A stretch of DNA of 36,945 bases, taken from contig NIVC01004726.1 of assembly GCA_002269645.1 (NCBI GenBank), forward strand, positions 1-36,945. Direction: 5' to 3'. The DNA is from Macrostomum lignano. Its lineage: Eukaryota. The translations under genes and the position numbers were made by a program. Numbering within the stretch: position 1 is the first letter of the stretch; the number at the start of each line of letters is the position of its first letter. Below are positions 9,537 to 20,279 of the stretch, in pieces. Under the pieces are notes generated by a model. The model had not been told where the DNA came from. It did not search any database and saw only the letters and a list, made by a program, of their open reading frames with translations.

Positions 9537-10911
9537 GCTTCCGAGTGGCGAATTGAATTTCCGACAGATGATAGCTCATTTTGATCCACAGTATTGGGAA
9601 AATACTTATTACATTACGTGTATTTATTTGCTATGTTGCACTATAAATAAATTTACCCTTTTTATCAGTTGCCATGCGAAAATTCAGGTGCCAAAAACGG
9701 ACGCTTAAAGCGGCGACAAAATTTCATTTTTGAGGCGGCATCGATTTTTGCGTGTACGCATTGCTTAGGAGTAAGTCAGGCGGATTTACAAACGCAAAAT
9801 TAATATACAAAAATGCGGAAATACACTCGACCGCACGTCCCCCGCGCAATCAATATCGATACGCCTGTTTCAGATCTTCTGAGTTTCTTACTGGGGGGGT
9901 GTAGGAAATTTCCACCACCCACACCAACTTCAATCCCGAAAGAGAAGCGGTCGACTAATAATAAAAAAACACGTGACAAATTCTTCAACTTAAACAATTC
10001 TGCGTTGCCCATGGGCCATGACTAACTTAAAATAAGCAGATCTAAGCACGAGAAATATATATTTAAAAATAAAACTCATGCAAAAAGGAAAATTGCGCCA
10101 TTTAGTGGTTTTCTCTGAGTCTCAATCGTTAGAATTCCGAGCTGCCTGAAAAAGTGGAATTGATATAATAGCTTTGGCAAAATCTAGAACCCAGTCAACT
10201 AAGAGGCCAACTAATTACTAAAGGAGAGAGGGGCGGGCTTTTAAAAGGCCATTATACAATCGTTATCGTCAGTCATATAATGCATTAAGCCGTTTCATTC
10301 TGATGCCTAGACTACGCTACGGACAAGGAACTATTTCCAGCCAAAAGGGTGAAATAAGTTCACGGCAAGTCCAAAAAGGCATTTTCCGTCTTCTCTCTAC
10401 CCCGCGATATTTTCTCTCTCCACCGTGTGGCCTCCGCCAATTCCTGAAATTAGATGTACACTGCGCTTCAAGGTCCTCCCAGCTGCGCTTCTCTCCCCCT
10501 CCAGTCCCGCCACCCCATTTCCGCGGCGGCAGTGTACACTCTTCACAAGCTTAATGTACATTCCTCCCCTGCCATTACCCCAGCCTTCAGGAGAGAGAAT
10601 GAAAGAGAAGCCTCTACCGGCCCTACTCCCTTCGATAAACAGGCCAGTAAACACAGACAGGGGTTTCTCTCCCTCGCCCCCTATCTTATATTAAAACTCG
10701 TTCCACTGCCCCCCCACTCCGCTCAGCTGACTGAAATTAATAAAAGTCCAAAAACACCCAACGAATACTGAGAGAAACGACAGCTCGTGAGTCGTTAGTA
10801 GCTCAGTTATAATTATAAATTAGTCATTAAGATTATTGTTTATTAAAGTCTATCCGATAGTTTGACGAGAGTTGAGAATTTGGCAGGAAATTATAAAGAA
10901 TATATTAAATC

Positions 10912-11181
10912 ATGTCAACTAGTGACAATCAATCAGTAAAAACGGCTACGGCTTTTGTAATTACGGACGTTACTGACACTACCAATTGTAACGGTAATGA
11001 CACAGAAGACGCTCAGATGCACGACGCAACCACGACGCAAGTTGTCGAGGCTGAGACTGTCGGGACCGCCACCACCGCCTTGCCCGATCGACTGCGTAAA
11101 CGCCTGCTTAGCGAGCGCAAGTGTCGACCAACTAACGAGCAGCTTGACCAGAAGCTGGCCAGAGCCGAGCAAAGACGCCAG
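10912..11181 (+). CDS. Exon 1 of a tandem stathmin-like-domain protein (about 432 aa in total)
   Basis: ATG at 10912; donor CAG|GTTAGT at 11181/11182; 90 codons ending LPDRLRKRLLSERKCRPTNEQLDQKLARAEQRRQ. Confidence 0.75.
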
Positions 11182-11584
11182 GTTAGTTTAAGGGAACTTT
11201 CACCGCGACAACGCCCATTGACCTGGTATTTAGCACACGCGAAAATGCCTTTTGCGCGGTTCACATTCGTTCTCATTTGCTCAAGCTCTCATTTTGATGA
11301 ATCAAGCATTTAGTTTCGCTATTTAATTATGGGTGTTTGACTAATGCCCTGTCTGGGTTTGCGTGCCGCTTTGTGAATAATTTCTTTTTGTCCACCTGGA
11401 ATGAAGTAAGGCAAGGCTGGTCAGGTAACTCATTTGCATGAAAGAATTACTTGATCAAGTAATAAAGAAACTTTATTTGCATATCTCTAGTACACTACTG
11501 ATGCTAACTAACCAGTAGCATGCAGGGAATGAGCATGTTGTAAATACAGCTAAAGGTAAAAAGTTTCAACAAACTCGATTTCAG

Positions 11585-12130
11585 AAACAATTCGCAAAGC
11601 GCGCTGCCAGCGCTCGCGAAGCCGAAGCTCGATGCCGCCGAGTCGCCGAGGCGATGGAGACCCTCCATGCCCGACGCCCGCAGTCTCGAGCCGAAGTTGT
11701 CCAGCGCTACGTTCGACTACGCCACGACCTACAGGAAGTTCTGGGCCGTTTCAACAGCGAGGTGGAGCGAACCAACTGCGCCCTGTTCGCTGGCCCGCCG
11801 CTACTGGCTTTCGGCGGCGGCTTGGGCTACTCGCCGTCGACATCGTCTAGGACGTCGACATCGACAACTGCTGCAACTGCGTCAGCACCGACTGCTACTA
11901 CATCGACATCAAGTTCGTGGCAGCATCGACCAGCGACAGCCTTCGTTGTTGGCCAAACCAACGGGAACGATGCGCCCGCTGCAGCTGCCAGCGCAGCCGA
12001 CGCGTCGATCTCCGTGGAGATGCCGGCCCGGCTGAGACAGCGGCTGGCCGCCTACCCGAGGCGCCGGGGGCGGCACGAGCTGAAGATGGCGCTGGAGAAG
12101 AAACTGGCTGACGCCCAGCGGAGGAAAGAG
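11585..12130 (+). CDS. Exon 2 of the tandem stathmin-like-domain protein
   Basis: Acceptor TTTCAG|AAA at 11584/11585; donor GAG|GTTCGC at 12130/12131 (weak); 182 codons, in frame with ORF 11654-12196. Begins KQFAKRAASAREAEARCRRVAEAME and ends MPARLRQRLAAYPRRRGRHELKMALEKKLADAQRRKE. Confidence 0.75.
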
Positions 12131-12231
12131 GTTCGCGAGTTTCATTGGTTTTTATTTATTATTTATAGGGGATCAAATTTTGAGGGGGTCAAATGACATC
12201 CTCTCCTACTTCCACTCCCAATGGCAAGCCT

Positions 12232-12645
12232 TAGGTCAGATGACCCCCTGTCCATTACCTAGCTTACACTGGCTAGCTTTGGGGTCAGATGGTCCCCTGT
12301 CATTACCTAGCTTACACTGGCTAGCTTTGGGGTCAGATGACCCCCTGTCCTTACCTAGCTTACACTGGCTAGCTTTGGGGTCAGATGACCCCCTGTCCTT
12401 ACCTAGCTTACACTGGCTAGCTTTGGGGTCAGATGACCCCCTGTACATTACCTAGCTTACACTGGCTAGCTTTGGGGTCAGATGACCCCCTGTCCCTTAC
12501 CTAGCTTACACTGGCTAGCTTTGGGGTCAGATGACCCCCTGTCCATTACCTAGCTTACACTGGCTAGCTTTGGGGTCAGATGACCCCCTGTCCATTACCT
12601 AGCTTACACTGGCTAGCTTTGGGGTCAGATGACCTCCTGTCAACT
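12232..12645. repeat. 48-bp minisatellite (TTACCTAGCTTACACTGGCTAGCTTTGGGGTCAGATGACCCCCTGTCCA-like), about 8-9 copies, intronic
   Basis: Period 48 (16-aa periodic ORF LPSLHWLALGSDDPLS); each unit contains the inverted repeat GGGGTCA-GA-TGACCCC. Confidence 0.95.
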
Positions 12646-12792
12646 TCCTAGCCTACCCTACGAGTATATTGAACTCTTAATCTGTCAATTAGATGATGCT
12701 ACTTCTATTATTTAACATGCACTACAGCTGATTCAGCCGCTTACAAGTGGTGTAGATAAAGCGGGTATATTGAATTTTTATTCCCCCCCCAG

Positions 12793-13275
12793 CGCTACGA
12801 ACAGCGACGCGCGGAGTCGATCAAAGAGACAGAGGAGCGCTGTCGCCGAATCTCGGAGACCATGGAGGAGATCAGCCTGCAGGCGCCCGGACCCGAAAAT
12901 CAGTCGGAGCCGCAGCAGCCGCAGGAGCAGCCGCAGGAGCAGCGACCGGAGCAGCAGCAAACTGGGAACGGTGAAGTCTGCAGCAGCGCTGGTTCGCGCG
13001 TGTTTTACCGACGCGTGGCTAAACTGCAAGTTGATCTCGACTGCCTGTTCACCAAGTTCAACCGGGAGATTGTGACGGTTCGGGGTAGACCAGTGGACCT
13101 GCTGGAAACGCTTGAATGGCCCCCAAAGCCGCCGCCGCCGCAGCAGCAGCAACCTGAAGTTGAACAGCAAAAGCAGCAGCAGCAGCAGAAGCAGCAAAAT
13201 AGGATTGCTTGTCAGACAGATGATCAGATTTGCAACAACTGCGGCCAAGATCCCAATGCTTCTCGTATGGCTTGA
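12793..13275 (+). CDS. Exon 3 (terminal) of the tandem stathmin-like-domain protein, Gln/Pro-rich
   Basis: Acceptor TTCCCCCCCCAG|CGC at 12792/12793; in frame with ORF 12862-13275. Begins RYEQRRAESIKETEERCRRISETMEE; ends with TGA. Confidence 0.75.
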   Translation, partial: RYEQRRAESIKETEERCRRISETMEEISLQAPGPENQSEPQQPQEQPQEQRPEQQQTGNGEVCSSAGSRVFYRRVAKLQVDLDCLFTKFNREIVTVRGRPVDLLETLEWPPKPPPPQQQQPEVEQQKQQQQQKQQNRIACQTDDQICNNCGQDPNASRMA

Positions 13276-14299
13276 GAAGGTTTATTGAATTACTCGTATT
13301 TTTATGAACGATTTTTTCGTGAATTAAGTTTTTTTCCAGTTTAATAGCGAGTCATTAAGAGGCACGTTTAATTTATTAAATGCACATCGAGGTTTGAGTC
13401 GTTCTAATTTTAGAAAGAAGCGGCACCCAGTCACATTATTGAATGTACATTCGAGTGTAAATGTTCTAAGGCTTGTGCTCGTGTTTTCTTGTTGTGCTCA
13501 CTAATTCCCGTTCAAAATGTTAGCGTGACCGGAATCGCTAGAGTCATTGCAAGCACCTCACTAGCAACTCTGGGATGCTTCTTGGCCTAGGTACCGTTTT
13601 CATCGGCAATGATGTGTATTAAAGTTTCGTTTAATTATTTCCTATGTTTCTATTATTAGCAACGTTTTAATTACAGTGGCAATTTTATAGCGATATAGAA
13701 CTGCAATACAAGTTTGCAAGCTTGGCCAATATTAACAACCAATACATTCTTAACACTAGCTGACTGACTGGAAGAATATACATAACGTTATGAGTTTTAT
13801 GATCAGTTCAGGCCCAATATTTTTGACTAACCCTCATTTTATTGTACAGGATATTTGTCTAACTTCGAACTTGTAAACTGTAATGAACATAAATCTTATC
13901 TTCGTGTAAATTAATATTGTCTCGTCATTTGTTAATACCCTGCAATCATCCTACCAGATTAATTCAAGTAATATAATAAAATCCAGATTATTTAAATGCT
14001 TTTTACTCTTAATAATTCCTTTCTGTAGATACTTGTCTGCACTCGGCATGAACCTTGTAAACACATTGTAAACACTTTAGACAGCTTGTTATTCAGTTCA
14101 TAGTACTTTCAGTGTGATGTAGATTTACAGATTTCTTTCATTAATGCTACGTCATTTACATTGACCAGCTGTTTAATGTTTTGGTTTCTTTTCAGTTTAA
14201 AATTTTATCTTTAAATACAACAATTTTCAATTGTAACTTTACTATTAAAAACCGAAATTCAACATGCTTTTACATTTTTTTGCTGGCACTAGACATGCG

Positions 14300-16262
14300 A
14301 TGACATTCTATAGATCATATGAGACGAGACTGTATGGACTAAAGACGAAATTTTATAAATTAAATGAAATGAGATTTTATAGATCCGATGAGGTGAGATT
14401 TTATATATCAGATAAGACACGATTGTATAGATCAGATGAAACGAGATTCTATAGATGAGATGAGATAAGATTTTACAGATCCGGCGAGACAAGATTCTAT
14501 AGATGAGATGAGATAATTAGATTCAATAATTGAGATTAGATACGGTTTTATAGATCAGATGAGACGAGATTTAATAGATCCGATGAGACAAGACTCTATA
14601 GATAAGATGAGACAAGACTCTATAGATCAGATGAGACAAGACTCTATAGATCAGATGAGACAAGACTCTATAGATCCGATGAGACGAGACTCTATAGATA
14701 AGATAAGACAAGACTCTATAGATCCGATGAGACGAGACTCTATAGATAAGATAAGACAAGACTCTATAGATCAGATGAGACAAGACTCTATAGATCAGAT
14801 GAGACAAGACTCTATAGATCAGATGAGACGAGACTCTATAGATCAGATGAGACAAGACTCTATAGATCAGATGAGACAAGACTCTATAGATCAGATGAGA
14901 CAAGACTCTATAGATAAGATGAGACAAGACTCTATAGATCAGATGAGACAAGACTCTATAGATCCGATGAGACGAGACTCTATAGATAAGATAAGACAAG
15001 ACTCTATAGATCAGATGAGACAAGACTCTATAGATCAGATGAGACAAGACTCTATAGATCAGATGAGACAAGACTCTATAGATCAGATGAGACAAGACTC
15101 TATAGATCAGATGAGACAAGACTCTATAGATCAGATGAGACAAGACTCTATAGATCAGATGAGACAAGACTCTATAGATCCGATGAGACGAGACTCTATA
15201 GATCAGATGAGACAAGACTCTATATATCAGATGAGACGAGACTCTATAGATCAGATGAGACAAGACTCTATAGATCAGATGAGACGAGACTCTATAGATC
15301 AGATGAGACAAGACTCTATAGATCAGATGAGACAAGACTCTATAGGTTAGATGAGACGAGACTCTATAGATCAGATGAGACAAGACTCTATAGATCAGAT
15401 GAGACAAGACTCTATAGATCAGATGAGACGAGACTCTATAGATCAGATGAGACAAGACTCTATAGATCAGATGAGACAAGACTCTATAGGTTAGATGAGA
15501 CGAGACTCTATAGATCAGATGAGACAAGACTCTATAGATCAGATGAGACAAGACTCTATAGATCAGATGAGACAAGACTCTATAGATCAGATGAGACAAG
15601 ACTCTATAGATCAGATGAGACGAGACTCTATAGATCAGATGAGACAAGACTCTATAGATCAGATGAGACAAGACTCTATAGATCAGATGAGACGAGACTC
15701 TATAGATCAGATGAGACAAGACTCTATAGATCAGATGAGACAAGACTCTATAGATCAGATGAGACGAGACTCTATAGATCAGATGAGACAAGACTCTATA
15801 GATCAGATGAGACAAGACTCTATAGATCAGATGAGACAAGACTCTATAGATCAGATGAGACAAGACTCTATAGATCAGATGAGACAAGACTCTATAGATC
15901 AGATGAGACAAGACTCTATAGATAAGATGAGACAAGACTCTATAGATCAGATGAGACAAGACTCTATAGATCAGATGAGACAAGACTCTATAGATCAGAT
16001 GAGACAAGACTCTATAGATCAGATGAGACAAGACTCTATAGATCAGATGAGACAAGACTCTATAGATCAGATGAGACAAGACTCTATAGATCAGATGAGA
16101 CGAGACTCTATAGATCAGATGAGACAAGACTCTATAGATCAGATGAGACAAGACTCTATAGATCAGATGAGACAAGACTCTATAGATCAGATGAGACGAG
16201 ACTCTATAGATCAGATGAGACGAGACTCTATAGATCAGATGAGACAAGACTCTATAGGTTAG
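14300..16262. repeat. 24-bp minisatellite (AGATCAGATGAGACRAGACTCTAT)n, about 70 near-identical plus about 10 degenerate copies
   Basis: Tandem repetition; 8-aa periodic ORFs DSIDQMRQ and LSHLIYRV; degenerate copies at about 14300-14560. Confidence 0.97.
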
Positions 16263-16950
16263 ATAGCACGGAAACATGTGGAATTCCACTGTTCACCACA
16301 CCGAAAGCTGTCGCCTTATTCCCGACAAACATTCTATATTTTCTCCGTCAAGCAACTTATCACTCTCCATTCCAATCAGGCTATAGCTAAAGGCACGAAT
16401 TAGAACGTGACCGCTGGCATGTCAAATCAGGCACGATATGAAGCAATTTTTCTGTCCCAAAATCTTTTATGCACTAAAGTTAGTAAGAGTCTGACACGCT
16501 GAAGGCATGATAGCCATACCGGGTATAGCAAAAAGGAAGATATTTGACACCATCACGCAACATATTGGGCGTGATCAAGGCGGAGATTTGATATAGGAGG
16601 CCTATTTAAGAAGAAATAATCGCTTGCATGATTTGAAGACTCGGAGATATGATTTCAGCAGGATTTTATGCTTACAATTCTGTAATAAATATTCTTCAAG
16701 TGTCGCTATCTTAATGGCTTAAAGAGAACTAAAATTAGAACAACAGTATAAATCGTCCCTTACATTTGAGTACATTGAAAAATATTCCCTGACGTCATCA
16801 GAACATTTGAGAGACTATCTCGTTTACAACTATCAATGGAGTGGGGGCTAATGACTTCAATGGACAATTTCCTAATAACCCGAGCGTTGCTCAAAAATCA
16901 TTTCCTACTGTTTAGCATCGCGAATTTTACCGATTACACAACCGCCAACC

Positions 16951-17635
16951 CGAGAGAGCCAGCCCGAATCTTCCACAGAACCGCAGCCATAGCATTTCAG
17001 AGAGAGCCAGCCCGAATCTTCCACAGAACCGCAGCCATAGCATTTCAGAGAGAGCCAGCCCGAATCTTCCACAGAACCGCAGCCATAGCATTTCAGAGAG
17101 AGCCAGCCCGAATCTTCCACAGAACCGCAGCCATAGCATTTCAGAGAGAGCCAGCCCGAATCTTCCACAGAACCGCAGCCATAGCATTTCAGAGAGAGCC
17201 AGCCCGAATCTTCCACAGAACCGCAGCCATAGCATTTCAGAGAGAGCCAGCCCGAATCTTCCACAGAACCGCAGCCATAGCATTTCAGAGAGAGCCAGCC
17301 CGAATCTTCCACAGAACCGCAGCCATAGCATTTCAGAGAGAGCCAGCCCGAATCTTCCACAGAACCGCAGCCATAGCATTTCAGAGAGAGCCAGCCCGAA
17401 TCTTCCACAGAACCGCAGCCTAGCATTTCAGAGAGCCAGCCCGAATCTTCCACAGAACCGCAGCCATGGCATTTCAGAGAGAGCCAGCCCGAATCTTCCA
17501 CAGAACCGCAGCCTAGCATTTCAGAGAGAGCCAGCCCGAATCTTCCACAGAACCGCAGCCTAGCATTTCAGAGAGAGCCAGCCCGAATCTTCCACAGAAC
17601 CGCAGCCGAGCATTTCAGAGAGAGCCAGCAGCCCG
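16951..17635. repeat. 48-bp minisatellite (AGAGAGAGCCAGCCCGAATCTTCCACAGAACCGCAGCCATAGCATTTC)n, about 14 copies
   Basis: Tandem repetition; 16-aa periodic ORF REPARIFHRTAAIAFQ; small deletions in the rightmost copies. Confidence 0.97.
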
Positions 17636-18404
17636 AACCGTATATGGTTTAAGGTTTTATAGGGTTGCTCATGACCTTTCATAGAATATTTCCTAGCATC
17701 CTCCTGAGCATTACAGAGGAAACACTGCTTCTTATCAATACATACTCCCTGATTGTAAAATCGATACAACAAAGGTATCTGAAAGTTGTCTATCAAACGA
17801 CAGTAAAATGAAAGCTTACATCAATTATCGTAGATAATACGCGGTATACGATTTAGATATTGTTAGATTGAACTAATGTAAATAATAGAGTACGAGCGTA
17901 AGGGCTAGTTTTATTGCGCCTTTTTTAGTCAGTTCAACAAAGACAATTTACTTGAAAAAACATGTGATCAATATGGTTTAGCAATCAATGTTGCGAAACA
18001 AATCAATGTTATGCATGGCACGCACAGGAAACCCGAACAAAGCAAGCGAAAAAGAAAGAATTCACAGAAAAATATTAAGCGACGCAAGACATAAAAAGCA
18101 CCTGCAAACTTTGGCAAAACAAAAAGCGCAGCAGCATGTTTATACAGCAGCAAGCACAAACAACACTAATAATATTCTATACAATGAAAGCAGTCTGTTG
18201 CATTGTGAAAAAGCAGACACGACTTCAGTAAGTAGTACTAATAAATGGAATTAAATCGCTCATTGATAGAGCTAGCAAGAACATCTATAGAATATCCGTT
18301 GCTACTTACCGGTATAGTGAAAAAAATCATCGTCATGGCGAAAATTTGAAATAATATTTGAGCGATTTACCAGTATAGCCAACAAAAGTAATCTCGCGTT
18401 TGCT

Positions 18405-19015
18405 TAAGACCTAAATGAACATACTTTAGTCCAATCTTAGGACCTAAAACAGGCCGATTTCAGCCCAATCTTATGACATAAAACGGGCCTATTTTAGCCC
18501 AATCTTAGGATCTAAATAATCTTAGGTTATGACCTAAATAAACATACTTTAGCCCAATCTTATGACCTAAATAAACATACTTTAGCCCAATCTTAGGACC
18601 TAAATAAACATACTTTAGCCCAATCTTATGACCTAAATAAACATACTTTAGCCCAATCTTAGGACCTAAATAAACATACTTTAGCCCAATCTTATGACCT
18701 AAATAAACATACTTTAGCCCAATCTTATGACCTAAATAAACATACTTTAGCCCAATCTTAGGACCTAAATGAACATACTTTAGCCCAATCTTATGACCTA
18801 AATGAACATACTTTAGCCTAATCTTATGACCTAAATAAACATACTTTAGCCCAATCTTATGACCTAAATGAACATACTTTAGCCCAATCTTATGACCTAA
18901 ATGAACATACTTTAGCCTAATCTTAGGACATAAAACGGGCCTATTTTAGCCTAATCTTAGGACCTAAAAGGGGCCTATTTTAGCCTAATCTTAGGACCTA
19001 AACAGGTTTATTTTA
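18405..19015. repeat. 33-bp minisatellite (TTTAGCCCAATCTTAKGACCTAAATRAACATAC)n, about 18 copies including degenerate ends
   Basis: Period 33 measured (AACATAC at 18541 and 18574); both edges are diverged. Confidence 0.93.
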
Positions 19016-19291
19016 GCCCCACCTTATGGCCTTTTTATCGGTGTCATATAATCTAAACATCTACATCTAATCATTTTCTCTAAAACGACTGAAACAAATC
19101 CATTTTTCATCAGCCATTTTTCGAAAGTTGTTAGTCTGTTATTTCGTAGAAAAATAGCCAAAATTTAGTTTGATCTTATTGACGTAAAACTGATCTTCTT
19201 AACTTCTTTGGGATTGGTATTCCCCAATAAAGCAATCCAACTTGCTATCTGATCTACAAATCAGAAATAGAAAAAAAAACTATAGATTCAG

Positions 19292-19741
19292 TCACGAGCC
19301 GTGTCTCAACCGCATATGCTCCCTGAGTCCAGTAACCCCAACGCAGATCAATCGACACCGATGGCACCTGTACTTCGGCTTACTGCCAGTCCCAGTAAAA
19401 TCATGCCGTCGAGCTCTGTGCTCAGCCAGCTTGGCCGCGCTGGCCTGAAACTGGCCGCACACCGGACAACCGTAAGAGTCAGCTGGCGCAGTGGATGGCC
19501 GCAGGGCCAGAGTGGCGAACAAGTCAGGATCGACAATGCACACCTGCCGATGACTGGGCATGTCTACTGCCGGCAGTTTCAAATTGCAACGATCGCAAGC
19601 AATTAGAGGAGCTGAAGCTAGCAATTCAGCGGCTGCAATCGCCTCGGCGGAGGCGAGAGAAGAGACAGCAAAAATGGTTATTTGCTGTTTCTGCATCTGC
19701 TGCCACTGAGGAGCCTGCTCCATGTTCTGTCCTCCCAACAC
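19292..19741 (-). CDS. Zinc-finger protein (two C2H2 fingers and one C2HC-like finger); single-exon gene or terminal exon
   Basis: CDRCNLKLPAVDMPSHRQVC, YGCPVCGQFQASAAKLAEHRARRH and YRCHRCRLICVGVTGLREHMRLRH. A pyrimidine tract followed by AG near 19635-19690 on the - strand could be a splice acceptor, so the true start is uncertain. Confidence 0.75.
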   Translation of the reverse strand: MLGGQNMEQAPQWQQMQKQQITIFAVSSLASAEAIAAAELLASAPLIACDRCNLKLPAVDMPSHRQVCIVDPDLFATLALRPSTAPADSYGCPVCGQFQASAAKLAEHRARRHDFTGTGSKPKYRCHRCRLICVGVTGLREHMRLRHGS

Positions 19742-19960
19742 TTGCTGTCACTGAAGATTTAAGATGACATTTCGGAATTTTAACCAGTGAAAAAGGACAA
19801 ATATTTATTAGATACATGTAATATTGTGCTAGTGTTACAGAGTTATCCATGTATGCAAGCTAAGCAGCATTGGGGCCGGGATTCCTACGCAGCTTAATAA
19901 GGCTGTTTGCGTCATCGTCAACACGCGGCGAATTAGGCTGAGCTGCAGTTCACCCTGTTG

Positions 19961-20279
19961 TAATAATAATAATGATAATAATAATTGATTACACCTGCCC
20001 CAATAGGCAGATGTGCAACCGACAGCTCAGCCGCAGCTATTGAGCGGCGCATCTGAAGGCTGCGTACGGCTGTTCAGTCCAAGGACTGGGGGTCGCCACA
20101 CACACCCTCAATTACCCCAGCTAATGCTGGCACCCATTTTACAGCTGGGTGAACTGAAGCAATGCAGATTTGTGTCTTGCTCAAGGACACAAATTGTTCA
20201 GAGTGCCGGAATGGGTCAAGAATCGAACCCCGACCTTTCAGTCGTGAGTCGGACACTCTAACCACTAGGCTACAACCCC
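19961..20279 (-). mobile_element. Full-length tRNA-derived SINE with a CORE/Meta-like central domain and (TTA)n tail
   Basis: The - strand reads GGGGTTGTAGCCTAGTGGTTAG (A box, 20262-20272)...GGTTCGATTC (B box, 20220-20229)...TGTGTCCTTGAGCAAGACAC...CAGTTCACCCAGCTGTAAAATGGG (central domain, 20133-20191)...TTATTATTATCATTATTATTATTA tail (about 19961-19985). Confidence 0.85.

Noticed and set aside
14559-17519. 572-, 263-, 255-, 204-, 195- and 150-aa periodic ORFs
   Set aside because: Products of the 24- and 48-bp arrays; no evidence of a repeat-protein gene such as flanking unique coding sequence.
20212-20279. Possible tRNA-Val(CAC) gene on the minus strand
   Set aside because: The anticodon and acceptor stems pair poorly, and the sequence continues into a SINE body and tail.
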